Source: Acidobacteriota bacterium
Lineage (GTDB): Bacteria; Acidobacteriota; Vicinamibacteria; Vicinamibacterales; 2-12-FULL-66-21
NCBI GenBank assembly: GCA_046727175.1
Contig: JBKPCD010000132.1
Location: 29,474-93,473 of the forward strand
Direction of reading: 5' to 3'
Length of the DNA: 64,000 nt
Shown in pieces: positions 40,862-49,265 of the stretch. A program made the position numbers and the translations under genes. Under the pieces are notes generated by a model. It ran no database searches. It was not told the origin of the DNA and was given only the letters and a program-made list of their open reading frames with translations. Numbering within the stretch: position 1 is the first letter of the stretch; every line of letters starts with the position of its first letter.

Positions 40862-41935
40862 TCAGAACAGGTACGCGACCGCGAACCCGATCTGGGCGAC
40901 GAACATCATTCGATACATGTGCGCCCACGACACGTGGTTTTCGTCGACGGCCAGCTCTTCCGGTCGGCGCAGCATCAGATAGCAAACATAAGCTCCGTAC
41001 ATCGTCATGCCGACTGCAAGCAACTGCAGCAGAAGATGGTTTCCTGTAAGGACGCCTGTGAAGGCGCCAATCGAGATCACCACGAACGGCAGGACGAACG
41101 ACGGCGAGATCATCCACGCGGCCGTGCGCACGCCGTAGACGATCGGCAGCGTGCGGCAACCTCCACGTCGATCGCCTTCCATATCGGCGAAATCCTTGGT
41201 GGTGGAGGCGCCGAGCAGAAAGAGCCCGAAGATCGTGCCGATGTACCACGGTTCGAATCCCAAGACCGTCTTCACGCACGACCAGCCCGCCACCTTCAGC
41301 AGCACGCCACGTGGAATGGCGATGGTAATGTTCGCCCAGATGCCCCGTTGCTTCGTGCGCAGCGGCGGGCACGAATAGACGAACGTTGCAATCACTGCGG
41401 CAATCACGATCCAGAAGCACTCGTGTCGCCCGCCGGGCGCAACGACCCAGGCGAGCACGAGCGCGACGATATAGGTGACGAGGGTGAAGATCCAGGCGTC
41501 GCGCACGCCCAGACGCCCGCTCGGCAACGGCCGCTTCGGCTTGTTGATCCGATCGATCTCGAGGTCGTAAATCTGGTTCAGCGCGTTGTTCCCCGCGTTG
41601 AGCGTCGCAGCCATGAGCGAGCCCAACACGGGATACACGATCAATTCGAGGCTCCATGCCTCGCGTGGCGCGGCCCCGACAGCCGTGATCGCGCCCGACA
41701 CGACGCCCAATGCGGGCGCGACGAGCGTGAACGGACGCGAGAGCTCGATCCAGAGAGCCGCGCGAGCCTGGCGCCCGGGGCCTGCCGCCGGCAACGTGGG
41801 ATCCCGGGGGACGGAGGGCGGGCCAGCCGCGGAATCTACACCCGACCTGGCCGGCGACTCAGGTCCTGAGCGTTTTCCCGGTTCCCGGTCCCCGGCCGCC
41901 GGTCCCTGGGCCCCTCGCTCTCTCATTGCAGACAC
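40862..41935 (-). CDS. UbiA-family aromatic/lipid prenyltransferase
   Basis: First Asp-rich motif NALNQIYDLEIDRINKPKRPLPSG, second KDFADMEGDRRGGCRTLPIVYG, about 8-9 TM segments. The first ~45 codons are Pro/Gly/Arg-rich and partly translate a heptamer array, so the real start may be TTG 41794. Confidence 0.8.
   Translation of the reverse strand: MSAMRERGAQGPAAGDREPGKRSGPESPARSGVDSAAGPPSVPRDPTLPAAGPGRQARAALWIELSRPFTLVAPALGVVSGAITAVGAAPREAWSLELIVYPVLGSLMAATLNAGNNALNQIYDLEIDRINKPKRPLPSGRLGVRDAWIFTLVTYIVALVLAWVVAPGGRHECFWIVIAAVIATFVYSCPPLRTKQRGIWANITIAIPRGVLLKVAGWSCVKTVLGFEPWYIGTIFGLFLLGASTTKDFADMEGDRRGGCRTLPIVYGVRTAAWMISPSFVLPFVVISIGAFTGVLTGNHLLLQLLAVGMTMYGAYVCYLMLRRPEELAVDENHVSWAHMYRMMFVAQIGFAVAYLF
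41873..41914. repeat. Six GGNNCCC heptamers sharing a 16-mer with 14398..14413
   Basis: ttttccc ggttccc ggtcccc ggccgcc ggtccct gggcccc. ccggtccccggccgcc (41885-41900) is identical to 14398-14413. Confidence 0.75.
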
Positions 41936-43272
41936 GAAGCGAGCAGCACCGCGACCGAGGCGGCGATTGCGGTATTGAGGAAATTCAGTACGTCATTGTT
42001 CAAGACGCCCGGAGCCTCGAGCGTCGCGCCGAGAGCGCTCTCGACGAGCGATCCTGTCGTCGCGCCAACGACGACCGGCACCAGCGCTTCACGAGTCACG
42101 AGGCCAAGGCTCACGGCAGCAAGGCCGAGGGCAATCGCGCCTGCGAAGCCGGCCGATGTCCCTTCGAGCGAAATGGCGCCTGACGTGCCAGGCGGCACGC
42201 GCTGGCTCGTTGTCACGAGGTACGTGTGACGTCCAAACGCTTTGCCCACTTCACTGGCAATCGTGTCGCTTCCGCCTGCAGCCAGCGCGGCGGCGAAGGC
42301 GATCATCGCGGTCTCTTCGGCGTGCGAGGTCACCGCGAGCAGCGCGGCGAGCGAGGCGAAACCCGTGTTCGCGAATGCGTTCCCCCCGCCTCGACGTCCC
42401 CCGCTCTCCTCCGCGATCCCCAGCAGCGTCTTGCGACGGAGGCCAATCCGAGACGAAGCTGCTGCGGCAATGAACGTCAGGAACAGCAGCGTCCACCCTT
42501 GCCATCCCGTGGCGATTGCGATCACGCTCCCGATGATCGCGCCGCACGCGGCCCCGGCACGCGAGACAGTCCGGAGGCGGTACCCAATCCATGCAACGAG
42601 CACATTCAGAACCAACGCCATCGGTGCGGCGGACGCCGCGTGCGTTGCGGCCATGCGAAGCCGGTCGTCGGTCATCAGCGACATCGCCCACAGCGCCGCC
42701 GCAGCAGTCGCAGGAACCGACAGATTGTCGTCAAGCCTGATCGGGATCGTCTCGACCGCGGCTGCTGCCGCCGCCGCAACGAATGGTGCGACGATCGGGA
42801 ACCACGACGACAGGGACACATCCGGGGGCCGACACCACCAGGCGAGAAACGCGCCCGCAAGCCCGCCGAAGAGCCAGAAGCTGACGCTGCCGGCGATCGT
42901 CTTGTCGCGATTCCAGCGCACTCGAGGGCCGTCGACGGTCGTGCCGACCACGGTTGCCATGCCGTCACCGAAGGCGAGCACACCCCATGTCGCCGCGGCG
43001 ATGTCGAGCCGCTCCCGGAACACGAGAATCAGCAACAACACCGACGTCGGGTAGAGCAGGATTCCAACCGGAAAGCGGCGCGCGAGATCCGCAGGGCGAT
43101 AGAGCCGCAGTCCACCGACGCGTGGCAGCACCAGTCCATTGAAGACGATCGCGCCGGCGGCGAGCACTGCAGCCTGCCACCACGAGAGGTACCTCAGAAG
43201 AAGAGCGAACCCTCCCATTGCGATGTGGATCGCCTGCCGCCCATGCTCCGAAAACGCTTCGGATCGCTTCAT
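41923..43272 (-). CDS. Fusion protein: polyprenol (phytol/dolichol-type, CTP-dependent) kinase domain + DUF92 (VTE6-type polyprenyl-phosphate kinase) domain
   Basis: 449 aa, polytopic. N-terminal half has GRQAIHIAMGG, AFGDGMATVVGTTVDGPRVRWNRDKTIAGSVSF and VETIPIRLDDNLSVP (CTP-transferase-1/VTE5-like). C-terminal half has RRGGGNAFANTG, GGSDTIASEVGKAFG, PPGTSGAISLEGT and NNDVLNFLNT (DUF92-like). Confidence 0.7.
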   Translation of the reverse strand: MKRSEAFSEHGRQAIHIAMGGFALLLRYLSWWQAAVLAAGAIVFNGLVLPRVGGLRLYRPADLARRFPVGILLYPTSVLLLILVFRERLDIAAATWGVLAFGDGMATVVGTTVDGPRVRWNRDKTIAGSVSFWLFGGLAGAFLAWWCRPPDVSLSSWFPIVAPFVAAAAAAAVETIPIRLDDNLSVPATAAAALWAMSLMTDDRLRMAATHAASAAPMALVLNVLVAWIGYRLRTVSRAGAACGAIIGSVIAIATGWQGWTLLFLTFIAAAASSRIGLRRKTLLGIAEESGGRRGGGNAFANTGFASLAALLAVTSHAEETAMIAFAAALAAGGSDTIASEVGKAFGRHTYLVTTSQRVPPGTSGAISLEGTSAGFAGAIALGLAAVSLGLVTREALVPVVVGATTGSLVESALGATLEAPGVLNNDVLNFLNTAIAASVAVLLASCLQ

Positions 43273-44216
43273 GCGTCCGCGGCGTTCGTGCGACCGCGCC
43301 AGTACTGCAGCAGATCCGAAAGCGTCTGCTCGATCGGAATCTCAGGGCGCCACCCGACTTCTCGAGCGATGCGCGTCGGATCGCCGAGCACGACGGGATT
43401 GTCCGACGGTCTGACGCGGGCAGGATCGGGTTCGACCCTCACCGACAGGTTCGACAGCCCCAGCAGGATGTCCAGCACATCGCCGATCCGATACGCAACT
43501 CCGCGACAGACGTTGTAGGGCCGCTGAGGCTGGCCGTGTTCCATTACGAGCCGATAGGCGCGCACGGTGTCACGCACGTCGGTGATGTCCCGGCGAGGGT
43601 CGAGGTTGCCGACACGGAGCACCGGATCGCTCTTTCCCGCTTCGATCTCGGCGATCTGACGCGCGAAACTCGACGTGACATACGCGGTCGACTGGCGCGG
43701 CCCGGCATGATTGAACGGTCGGACCAGAATCACCGGAAACGAACCTTCCCGGAGAGCGACCATCTCCTGCGCGAGCTTGCTTACTCCGTACGGAGTCCCC
43801 GGTTTGATCGGCGCATTTTCGTCGAGCGGGACGTCGGCCCGCCGGTAGACGAGCGCGGATCCGGTGACGAGCACGCGGCACCTCAGGCCAGCGCGGCGAA
43901 CGCCTTCGAGCACGTGATGAGTGCCCATCACATTCACTCGAAGCGCCTGCTCGCGGCGGGACCACGAGCCTCCGACGTCAGCGACGCCTCCGCAATGGTA
44001 GATGGCCGAGGGCTGGAGCTCCGCGAGTGCCGCGGCGACGGCCTCCCGATCCAGCAGGTCGATGGCGCGCCAGTCGACATCGGCATGGATGTCGGCAGGC
44101 TGCTGTCCACCCGGATTGGACCAACCGGCTACGGTTCGCCCCAGGCCGATCAGATGCTCGAGGAGATGACCACCCGCGAAACCTGTGGCGCCCGTAACCA
44201 GAATTGGACCAGGCAC
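43269..44216 (-). CDS. NAD-dependent epimerase/dehydratase (extended SDR)
   Basis: ILVTGATGFAGGHL and catalytic YGVSK. Start moved to GTG 44216, 8 nt after the rfbB stop (the track ORF overlaps rfbB by 150 nt). The stop overlaps the next gene's ATG (ATGA). Confidence 0.8.
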   Translation of the reverse strand: MPGPILVTGATGFAGGHLLEHLIGLGRTVAGWSNPGGQQPADIHADVDWRAIDLLDREAVAAALAELQPSAIYHCGGVADVGGSWSRREQALRVNVMGTHHVLEGVRRAGLRCRVLVTGSALVYRRADVPLDENAPIKPGTPYGVSKLAQEMVALREGSFPVILVRPFNHAGPRQSTAYVTSSFARQIAEIEAGKSDPVLRVGNLDPRRDITDVRDTVRAYRLVMEHGQPQRPYNVCRGVAYRIGDVLDILLGLSNLSVRVEPDPARVRPSDNPVVLGDPTRIAREVGWRPEIPIEQTLSDLLQYWRGRTNAADA

Positions 44217-44223
44217 CGGAGAT

Positions 44224-45240
44224 TCAGCGCCAGCGGCTGCCGTACTGCGCCTGGTAATAACTCTTGAAATCGGCGTCTTGATGTTTGATGGGGCGCCACC
44301 ACCACTCGTTGTCACGGTACCAATGCACTGTTTCGTCGAGGCCTTGGTCGAACGGCTTCGCAGGTGTCCAGCCAAGTGCCTGCAGCTTCGAGGTGTCCAG
44401 CGAGTAGCGTCGATCGTGTCCTGGCCGGTCCTGCACGTGGCGGATCAGCGACTCGGATTTGCCGAGAAGCGTCAGGATTCGGCGGGTGAGATCGCGGTTG
44501 GCGATCGAGTTCCCTCCACCGATGTTGTAGACCTCCCCGGGAAGTCCGGAATCGATGACGCGGTGGAGCGCGGCGCAGTGATCCGACACGTGCAGCCAAT
44601 CGCGCTCGTTCAAGCCGTCTCCGTACAGCGGCACCGGCGTGTCGTCGAGGGCATTGGTGATGAAGAGAGGGATCACCTTCTCCGGAAACTGGTGGGGTCC
44701 GTAATTGTTCGAGGCGCGCGTGACGATCGTCGGCACGCCGTACGTCGCCCAGTAACTATAGGCGAGGCGGTCCGCGCCCGCTTTGCTGGCAGAGTACGGA
44801 TTGCGCGGCCGGATCTCGTCCGTCTCCTTGCTCGATCCCTCGGGGACGCTGCCGTACACCTCGTCGGTCGAGATCTGAATGAACCGATGCAGCCGCGGCG
44901 CCTGACGCGCAGCTTCGAGCAGCGTGAACGTGCCGAAGATGTCGGTGGTGATGAAGTCGCCCGCGCTCAGGATCGATCGATCGACGTGGGTTTCGGCGGC
45001 GAAGTGCACGACGATTTCCGCATCGGCGACGAGTGGGCGGACGATTGTCGCATCGGCGACGTCGCCTTTGACGAACTCGTGTCGCGGATGATCCATCACG
45101 CCCTGCAGGTTCTCGAGGCGCCCGGCGTACGTCAGTTTGTCGAGTGTGGTGACGTGCCAGTCTTTGTGTGTCTCGAGCGCGTAGCACACGAAGTTCGATC
45201 CGATGAAGCCCGCGCCGCCCGTCACGAGGACCTTAGTCAT
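44224..45240 (-). CDS. rfbB: dTDP-glucose 4,6-dehydratase
   Basis: MTKVLVTGGAGFIGSNFV, STDEVYG, YSASKAGAD and the C-terminal pattern of RfbB/RmlB. Start at ATG 45240. Confidence 0.92.
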   Translation of the reverse strand: MTKVLVTGGAGFIGSNFVCYALETHKDWHVTTLDKLTYAGRLENLQGVMDHPRHEFVKGDVADATIVRPLVADAEIVVHFAAETHVDRSILSAGDFITTDIFGTFTLLEAARQAPRLHRFIQISTDEVYGSVPEGSSKETDEIRPRNPYSASKAGADRLAYSYWATYGVPTIVTRASNNYGPHQFPEKVIPLFITNALDDTPVPLYGDGLNERDWLHVSDHCAALHRVIDSGLPGEVYNIGGGNSIANRDLTRRILTLLGKSESLIRHVQDRPGHDRRYSLDTSKLQALGWTPAKPFDQGLDETVHWYRDNEWWWRPIKHQDADFKSYYQAQYGSRWR

Positions 45241-45357
45241 GTCGTCTGGACCATCCTGCAAAAGAGTACGGTCAGAGTCGAGTACACATGTTCCGCGCAC
45301 GTGACGTCGTCCACTGTTCGCGGTAATTCGCGACCGCCCAACGCCCAGGGCCCGATC

Positions 45358-47820
45358 TCAGCGATTCTGCCCCCCAAACGCTCCGAAGAAGTTCGAGAAG
45401 GTACCGATTCCCGCGAGCGTGAACGACACATTGAAGCGTCGGTCCTGTGGGATCACGAAGCTCGACGATCCGCCGAGATTGTACATCTGATACTCGATCG
45501 CAATGCCGCAGCACTGCGCATTGTAGAACCCCAGATAGCGCTGCTGGCGGAAGCGATCGTTCCGGAGATCGTAGGCGAACGAGTAGGTCACTCCGAGATG
45601 GCTTCCTGGGTTGCGGAACGTCGCCGAGCCGGTGAGATCGTTGCTTGCCATCGCCGGATTGTCGAAGCCGGGCAGACCTTCGATCAGGCGCCGCTCCGTC
45701 CAGCCCGCAGAGGCCTGCAGCCGATTCCTGTTGAACGTTCCCGACAGCGAGAACGTCGTCAGCTCGTGCGCAATGGGGCTCCACTCTGTAGAAAAGTCGC
45801 TCTGAAACCAGGTCGTGGGCATGACGCGCGCGCCAATCTGAACGGGTGAGAAGTTCGTCGCTTTCGTGCTGTTGAAGCTGCTCTGGTAGCTCGGGTCGTA
45901 CAGCGCGGCGCGATCGTCCGTGTAATAGGTCTGCCGAATCGTGACGCCGATGATCTCTCTCGCGATACCCTTTTTCGCATAGAGACGGTTGTTCACGCCG
46001 TAGACGAACTGCGTGGTGCCGCGAATCGTATCCGTTCCATCGATTTGGACGATGCGATCGAAAATGTCGATGGCGGTGCGGTGCTGAATGGTGAGCGTCG
46101 GTTCGATCACGTGCTTGAACTTCTCGGCGTACCCGCTGTTCGGTGTGTTCCAGATCTTGTTGAGCACCGGGCCGGTGATCCTGGTCTGCATGTCGAAATA
46201 GCGTCGCCCGATGCTCTCCGGCACCTGCACGCCTGCGGAATTCAGGCTCTCGGTCCAGTAGGTGCCCCGCCACGAAATGCTGGAGATCAAGGTCAGGAAC
46301 GGCCATCCGGTGAACGGAATCCGCAGCTCCGGGTTCACGTCCATTCGCGTCAGGCCCTTGTCGAACACCTCCACGCCCTGATTCTCGTTGCTGTAGATGT
46401 GCGTTACGTACTCGGTGTTGACGCCGAAGTACACCTTCGACCTGCCGATCGGCCGCTCGCCGCGCGTGAAAGTGATGCGCGGCAGCGTGCCGTTCGTGTT
46501 CAGGCTGGTCTCGTCGTAGAACACGTCGTTGCGCTGCATCGTGACGCCGAGGACGTACTCCCGCCAATTTCCGGTAAGGTTTCCGCCGATGACGCGCGTG
46601 CGGCTCGTCGCCATCCCGAAGTTCTGTTGATAACGCTGCTGCACGTCGATGTCGGAGTAGTAATCGACGTTGGCCCGCGCGTGCAGTCCGGCGCCGAGTG
46701 ATTGCGTCAGGCCGCCCCGGATCATGTAGCTTCGCTTCGCCGGGGTCGTTTTCACCGAGGCGTCGGATTGCGTGTACGACGCGTCGTGCTCGTCCAGCAG
46801 GTAGAACGTGCTGTTGCCCTGGTTGCCCGGCCCGAGCACGTATCTGTATTCGCTGCCGACGCCCTGACCCGTCTTCGAGAACCAGTCGTAGTAGAAGGTC
46901 GCATCCTGACTCCGATCGATCGCCCAGAAGAATGCGTTACGAATGGTGTGCCCCTTGACCGTCGACGAGCCGTAGTTGGGCAACAGAAAGCCCGTCGCGC
47001 GATCGTCCTCCTGAATCGGGTAGTAGAAGATGGGGAGGTACATCAAAGGTACGTCCTTGACCTTCAACACCGTGTTCTTCAGAAGCGCGTAATCGTTGAG
47101 CGTCAGCGTCGCGCTTCCGCTGACCATCTTCCATCTGGGCGTCGGCTGCACGCACGTGGTGAAGCTGCCGTGAACGACTTTGTACTTGTTAGGGCCGAGC
47201 TTGTGGATCTCTTCCCCTTGAAAGTACATGTCCGGCTCCTGCGTCCCGAACAGGCTCCGCTCGGCGCGATCACCGAGTGACGCCTGACCGGCAGCCTTGT
47301 AGAAGACGCCCGTCCGTGTCTGGGTATCGAATTCGAGGCGCTCGGCGGCAATGCGATTGTTGTCGGAGATGAAGAGCACGTTGCCGGTTGCGACGACGCG
47401 ATGCTGATCGAAAACCTCCACCTGCTCGGCGAACAGCTGCATCTCGTCGCAGTCGATCTGCACGGGAGCGCTCGGGGTGCCCGCAGCAAGCATCCGCATC
47501 TCCACGACGCCGGTCTCATGAGGCACGGGAACGCGGTCGGCGGACACATACTGGATGCGACTGGCCTTGCAGCCACCGAGCTCGGCCTGCTGGCCCTGCG
47601 CGCGGGCAACGGCGGGGATGGCGAGCCACGAAGCCCAAGCGACAACGGCCAGAACTGGTTTCAGGGTTTTTGTGGGCGCCGGCTGTAGCCGGCGCAAAGT
47701 CCGTCTGAAGACGGACCCGAGCTGTTTTGAAACCGGCTGCAGGCTGCCGTGGAGCATGAACTCGAGGACGTACATTCTGACGACGAAGCGCCGACTGGGG
47801 TCTGACTGCCGAGCAGTCAT
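45358..47820 (-). CDS. lptD: LPS-assembly outer-membrane protein LptD (OstA family)
   Basis: ~800 aa. OstA-like N-terminal domain (IDCDEMQLF...ATGNVLF...AERLEFD) followed by a long beta-barrel with aromatic-rich alternating pattern ending in ...F. ATG 47820 overlaps the folC stop (ATGA), but the signal peptide starts about 50 aa in, so the start is uncertain. Confidence 0.8.
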   Translation of the reverse strand: MTARQSDPSRRFVVRMYVLEFMLHGSLQPVSKQLGSVFRRTLRRLQPAPTKTLKPVLAVVAWASWLAIPAVARAQGQQAELGGCKASRIQYVSADRVPVPHETGVVEMRMLAAGTPSAPVQIDCDEMQLFAEQVEVFDQHRVVATGNVLFISDNNRIAAERLEFDTQTRTGVFYKAAGQASLGDRAERSLFGTQEPDMYFQGEEIHKLGPNKYKVVHGSFTTCVQPTPRWKMVSGSATLTLNDYALLKNTVLKVKDVPLMYLPIFYYPIQEDDRATGFLLPNYGSSTVKGHTIRNAFFWAIDRSQDATFYYDWFSKTGQGVGSEYRYVLGPGNQGNSTFYLLDEHDASYTQSDASVKTTPAKRSYMIRGGLTQSLGAGLHARANVDYYSDIDVQQRYQQNFGMATSRTRVIGGNLTGNWREYVLGVTMQRNDVFYDETSLNTNGTLPRITFTRGERPIGRSKVYFGVNTEYVTHIYSNENQGVEVFDKGLTRMDVNPELRIPFTGWPFLTLISSISWRGTYWTESLNSAGVQVPESIGRRYFDMQTRITGPVLNKIWNTPNSGYAEKFKHVIEPTLTIQHRTAIDIFDRIVQIDGTDTIRGTTQFVYGVNNRLYAKKGIAREIIGVTIRQTYYTDDRAALYDPSYQSSFNSTKATNFSPVQIGARVMPTTWFQSDFSTEWSPIAHELTTFSLSGTFNRNRLQASAGWTERRLIEGLPGFDNPAMASNDLTGSATFRNPGSHLGVTYSFAYDLRNDRFRQQRYLGFYNAQCCGIAIEYQMYNLGGSSSFVIPQDRRFNVSFTLAGIGTFSNFFGAFGGQNR

Positions 47821-49115
47821 CGGAGAATACCACGCACCGGACCGACCAGAAAGATGGATCCGGCGACGACCACGCGTGAGCCCGGCTGAGATGCACGTCC
47901 GACCGCCGCTTCGGGATCATGCACTTCGCTGATCTCGACCGCGTTCGCGCCTGGAAGCGCCCGCGCCGTCGCTATCAGCGCCTCCGCAGCGAGCGCCCTC
48001 GGCGTCGCAGGCGTGGTGCAGACGATCGAGGAGCAACGCGGAAAGAGGGGCGCGAGCATCCCGGCGACATCCTTATCCCGCATGACGCCGAAGACGAGCG
48101 TCACATGCGACCAACCGATCTCCCGTAGATATTCGGCGAGAGCGCGCGCGCCGGCCGGATTGTGTGCCGCATCAATCAGAACTTCCGCGCCGTGCCAGCG
48201 GCGATGCTCGAGCCGGGCAGGCCAGTTGGGCTCGGCGAGGGCGACATGCATCGCCGACTCGCTGATGTTCAGCCCGCGCTTCGTCAACTCTTCCAGGAGA
48301 CACAGCGCGACGGCCGCATTCTGAATCTGATGGCGTCCGGCGAGCGCCAGCTGGATCTTCGCGATCTCGTGGGTCGGCGTTCGAAAGGTTGCTGTCGTGC
48401 CGCGTTCGTCGATCGTTGCGTTGGAGTGAATACGATCCAGCGCGCGAATGAGGGTTGCCCCGCGCTCGGCGCAGACGTCCGCAATCACGCGCTCGGCATC
48501 CTTGGGCAGAGGGCCGCATACGACCGGAATGCCTGGTTTGATGATGCCGGCTTTTTCGCGCGCGATCGACTCGATCGTATTTCCAAGCTGCGCTTGATGA
48601 TCGAAATCGATCGAGGTGATTGCTGCTGCAACCGGCGTGACGACGTTCGTCGCGTCCAGGCGCCCACCGAGACCGACCTCCAGCACCGCAATGCTGACTC
48701 CCTGCCGCCGAAACAGCTCGAACGCGATCGCCGTTGCGCATTCGAAGAATGTGGGCGGAGCGGCGAGCGTGCCTGCTTTCAGCAATCGATCGACCGTCGC
48801 CTGAACGGCGCCGGCGGCAATTTCGAGATCGGCAGTCGAGACTTCCTCGTTTCCGATCACGAATCGTTCTTCGATGCGTTGCAGATGCGGCGACGTGTAG
48901 CGTGCGGACCGGTGTCCCGCCGCGTGCAGGGCCGCGGAGAGCATCGCCGTCACCGAACCCTTTCCGTTCGTGCCGGCGACGACGACCGAGTGAAACGTGC
49001 GTTCGGGGTTCCCGAGCGCCGCGCACAACGTCCTCATGTTCTCGAGACCGAACTTCATCCCGAGACGCTCGAGGGTGAAAAGAAATGCGATTGGATCCAC
49101 TCGTGGTGCAGCCAA
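47817..49115 (-). CDS. folC: Folylpolyglutamate synthase / dihydrofolate synthase
   Basis: 432 aa with VVAGTNGKGSV P-loop and Mur-ligase fold motifs. TTG start in the track. Confidence 0.9.
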   Translation of the reverse strand: MAAPRVDPIAFLFTLERLGMKFGLENMRTLCAALGNPERTFHSVVVAGTNGKGSVTAMLSAALHAAGHRSARYTSPHLQRIEERFVIGNEEVSTADLEIAAGAVQATVDRLLKAGTLAAPPTFFECATAIAFELFRRQGVSIAVLEVGLGGRLDATNVVTPVAAAITSIDFDHQAQLGNTIESIAREKAGIIKPGIPVVCGPLPKDAERVIADVCAERGATLIRALDRIHSNATIDERGTTATFRTPTHEIAKIQLALAGRHQIQNAAVALCLLEELTKRGLNISESAMHVALAEPNWPARLEHRRWHGAEVLIDAAHNPAGARALAEYLREIGWSHVTLVFGVMRDKDVAGMLAPLFPRCSSIVCTTPATPRALAAEALIATARALPGANAVEISEVHDPEAAVGRASQPGSRVVVAGSIFLVGPVRGILR

Positions 49116-49116
49116 A

Positions 49117-49221
49117 TTGCTGACTGAGGATTGCTGATCGTGGATTGATGCCGTGGGTCAACGTACTCGCGGGTTCAACCAACGCGAAATCTCGAATCAG
49201 CAATTGAGAATCGACAATTCA
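49117..49221. repeat. Period-7 array pair, ATTGNTG x~6 / NNNNAAT x~5 (GATTG family)
   Basis: attgctg actgagg attgctg atcgtgg attgatg ccgtggg ... gcgaaat ctcgaat cagcaat tgagaat cgacaat. Lies in the divergent folC-accD spacer. Confidence 0.75.
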
Positions 49222-49265
49222 CGGTCCGCGGGTCGTTCGCGCGGACCTCATTGTAGAATTCGTCG

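Noticed and set aside
45272-46567. 431-aa same-strand ORF inside lptD
   Set aside because: It is an out-of-frame overlap with the LptD beta-barrel ORF. It has no recognisable motifs and an Arg/His-rich composition, and the LptD frame explains the region.
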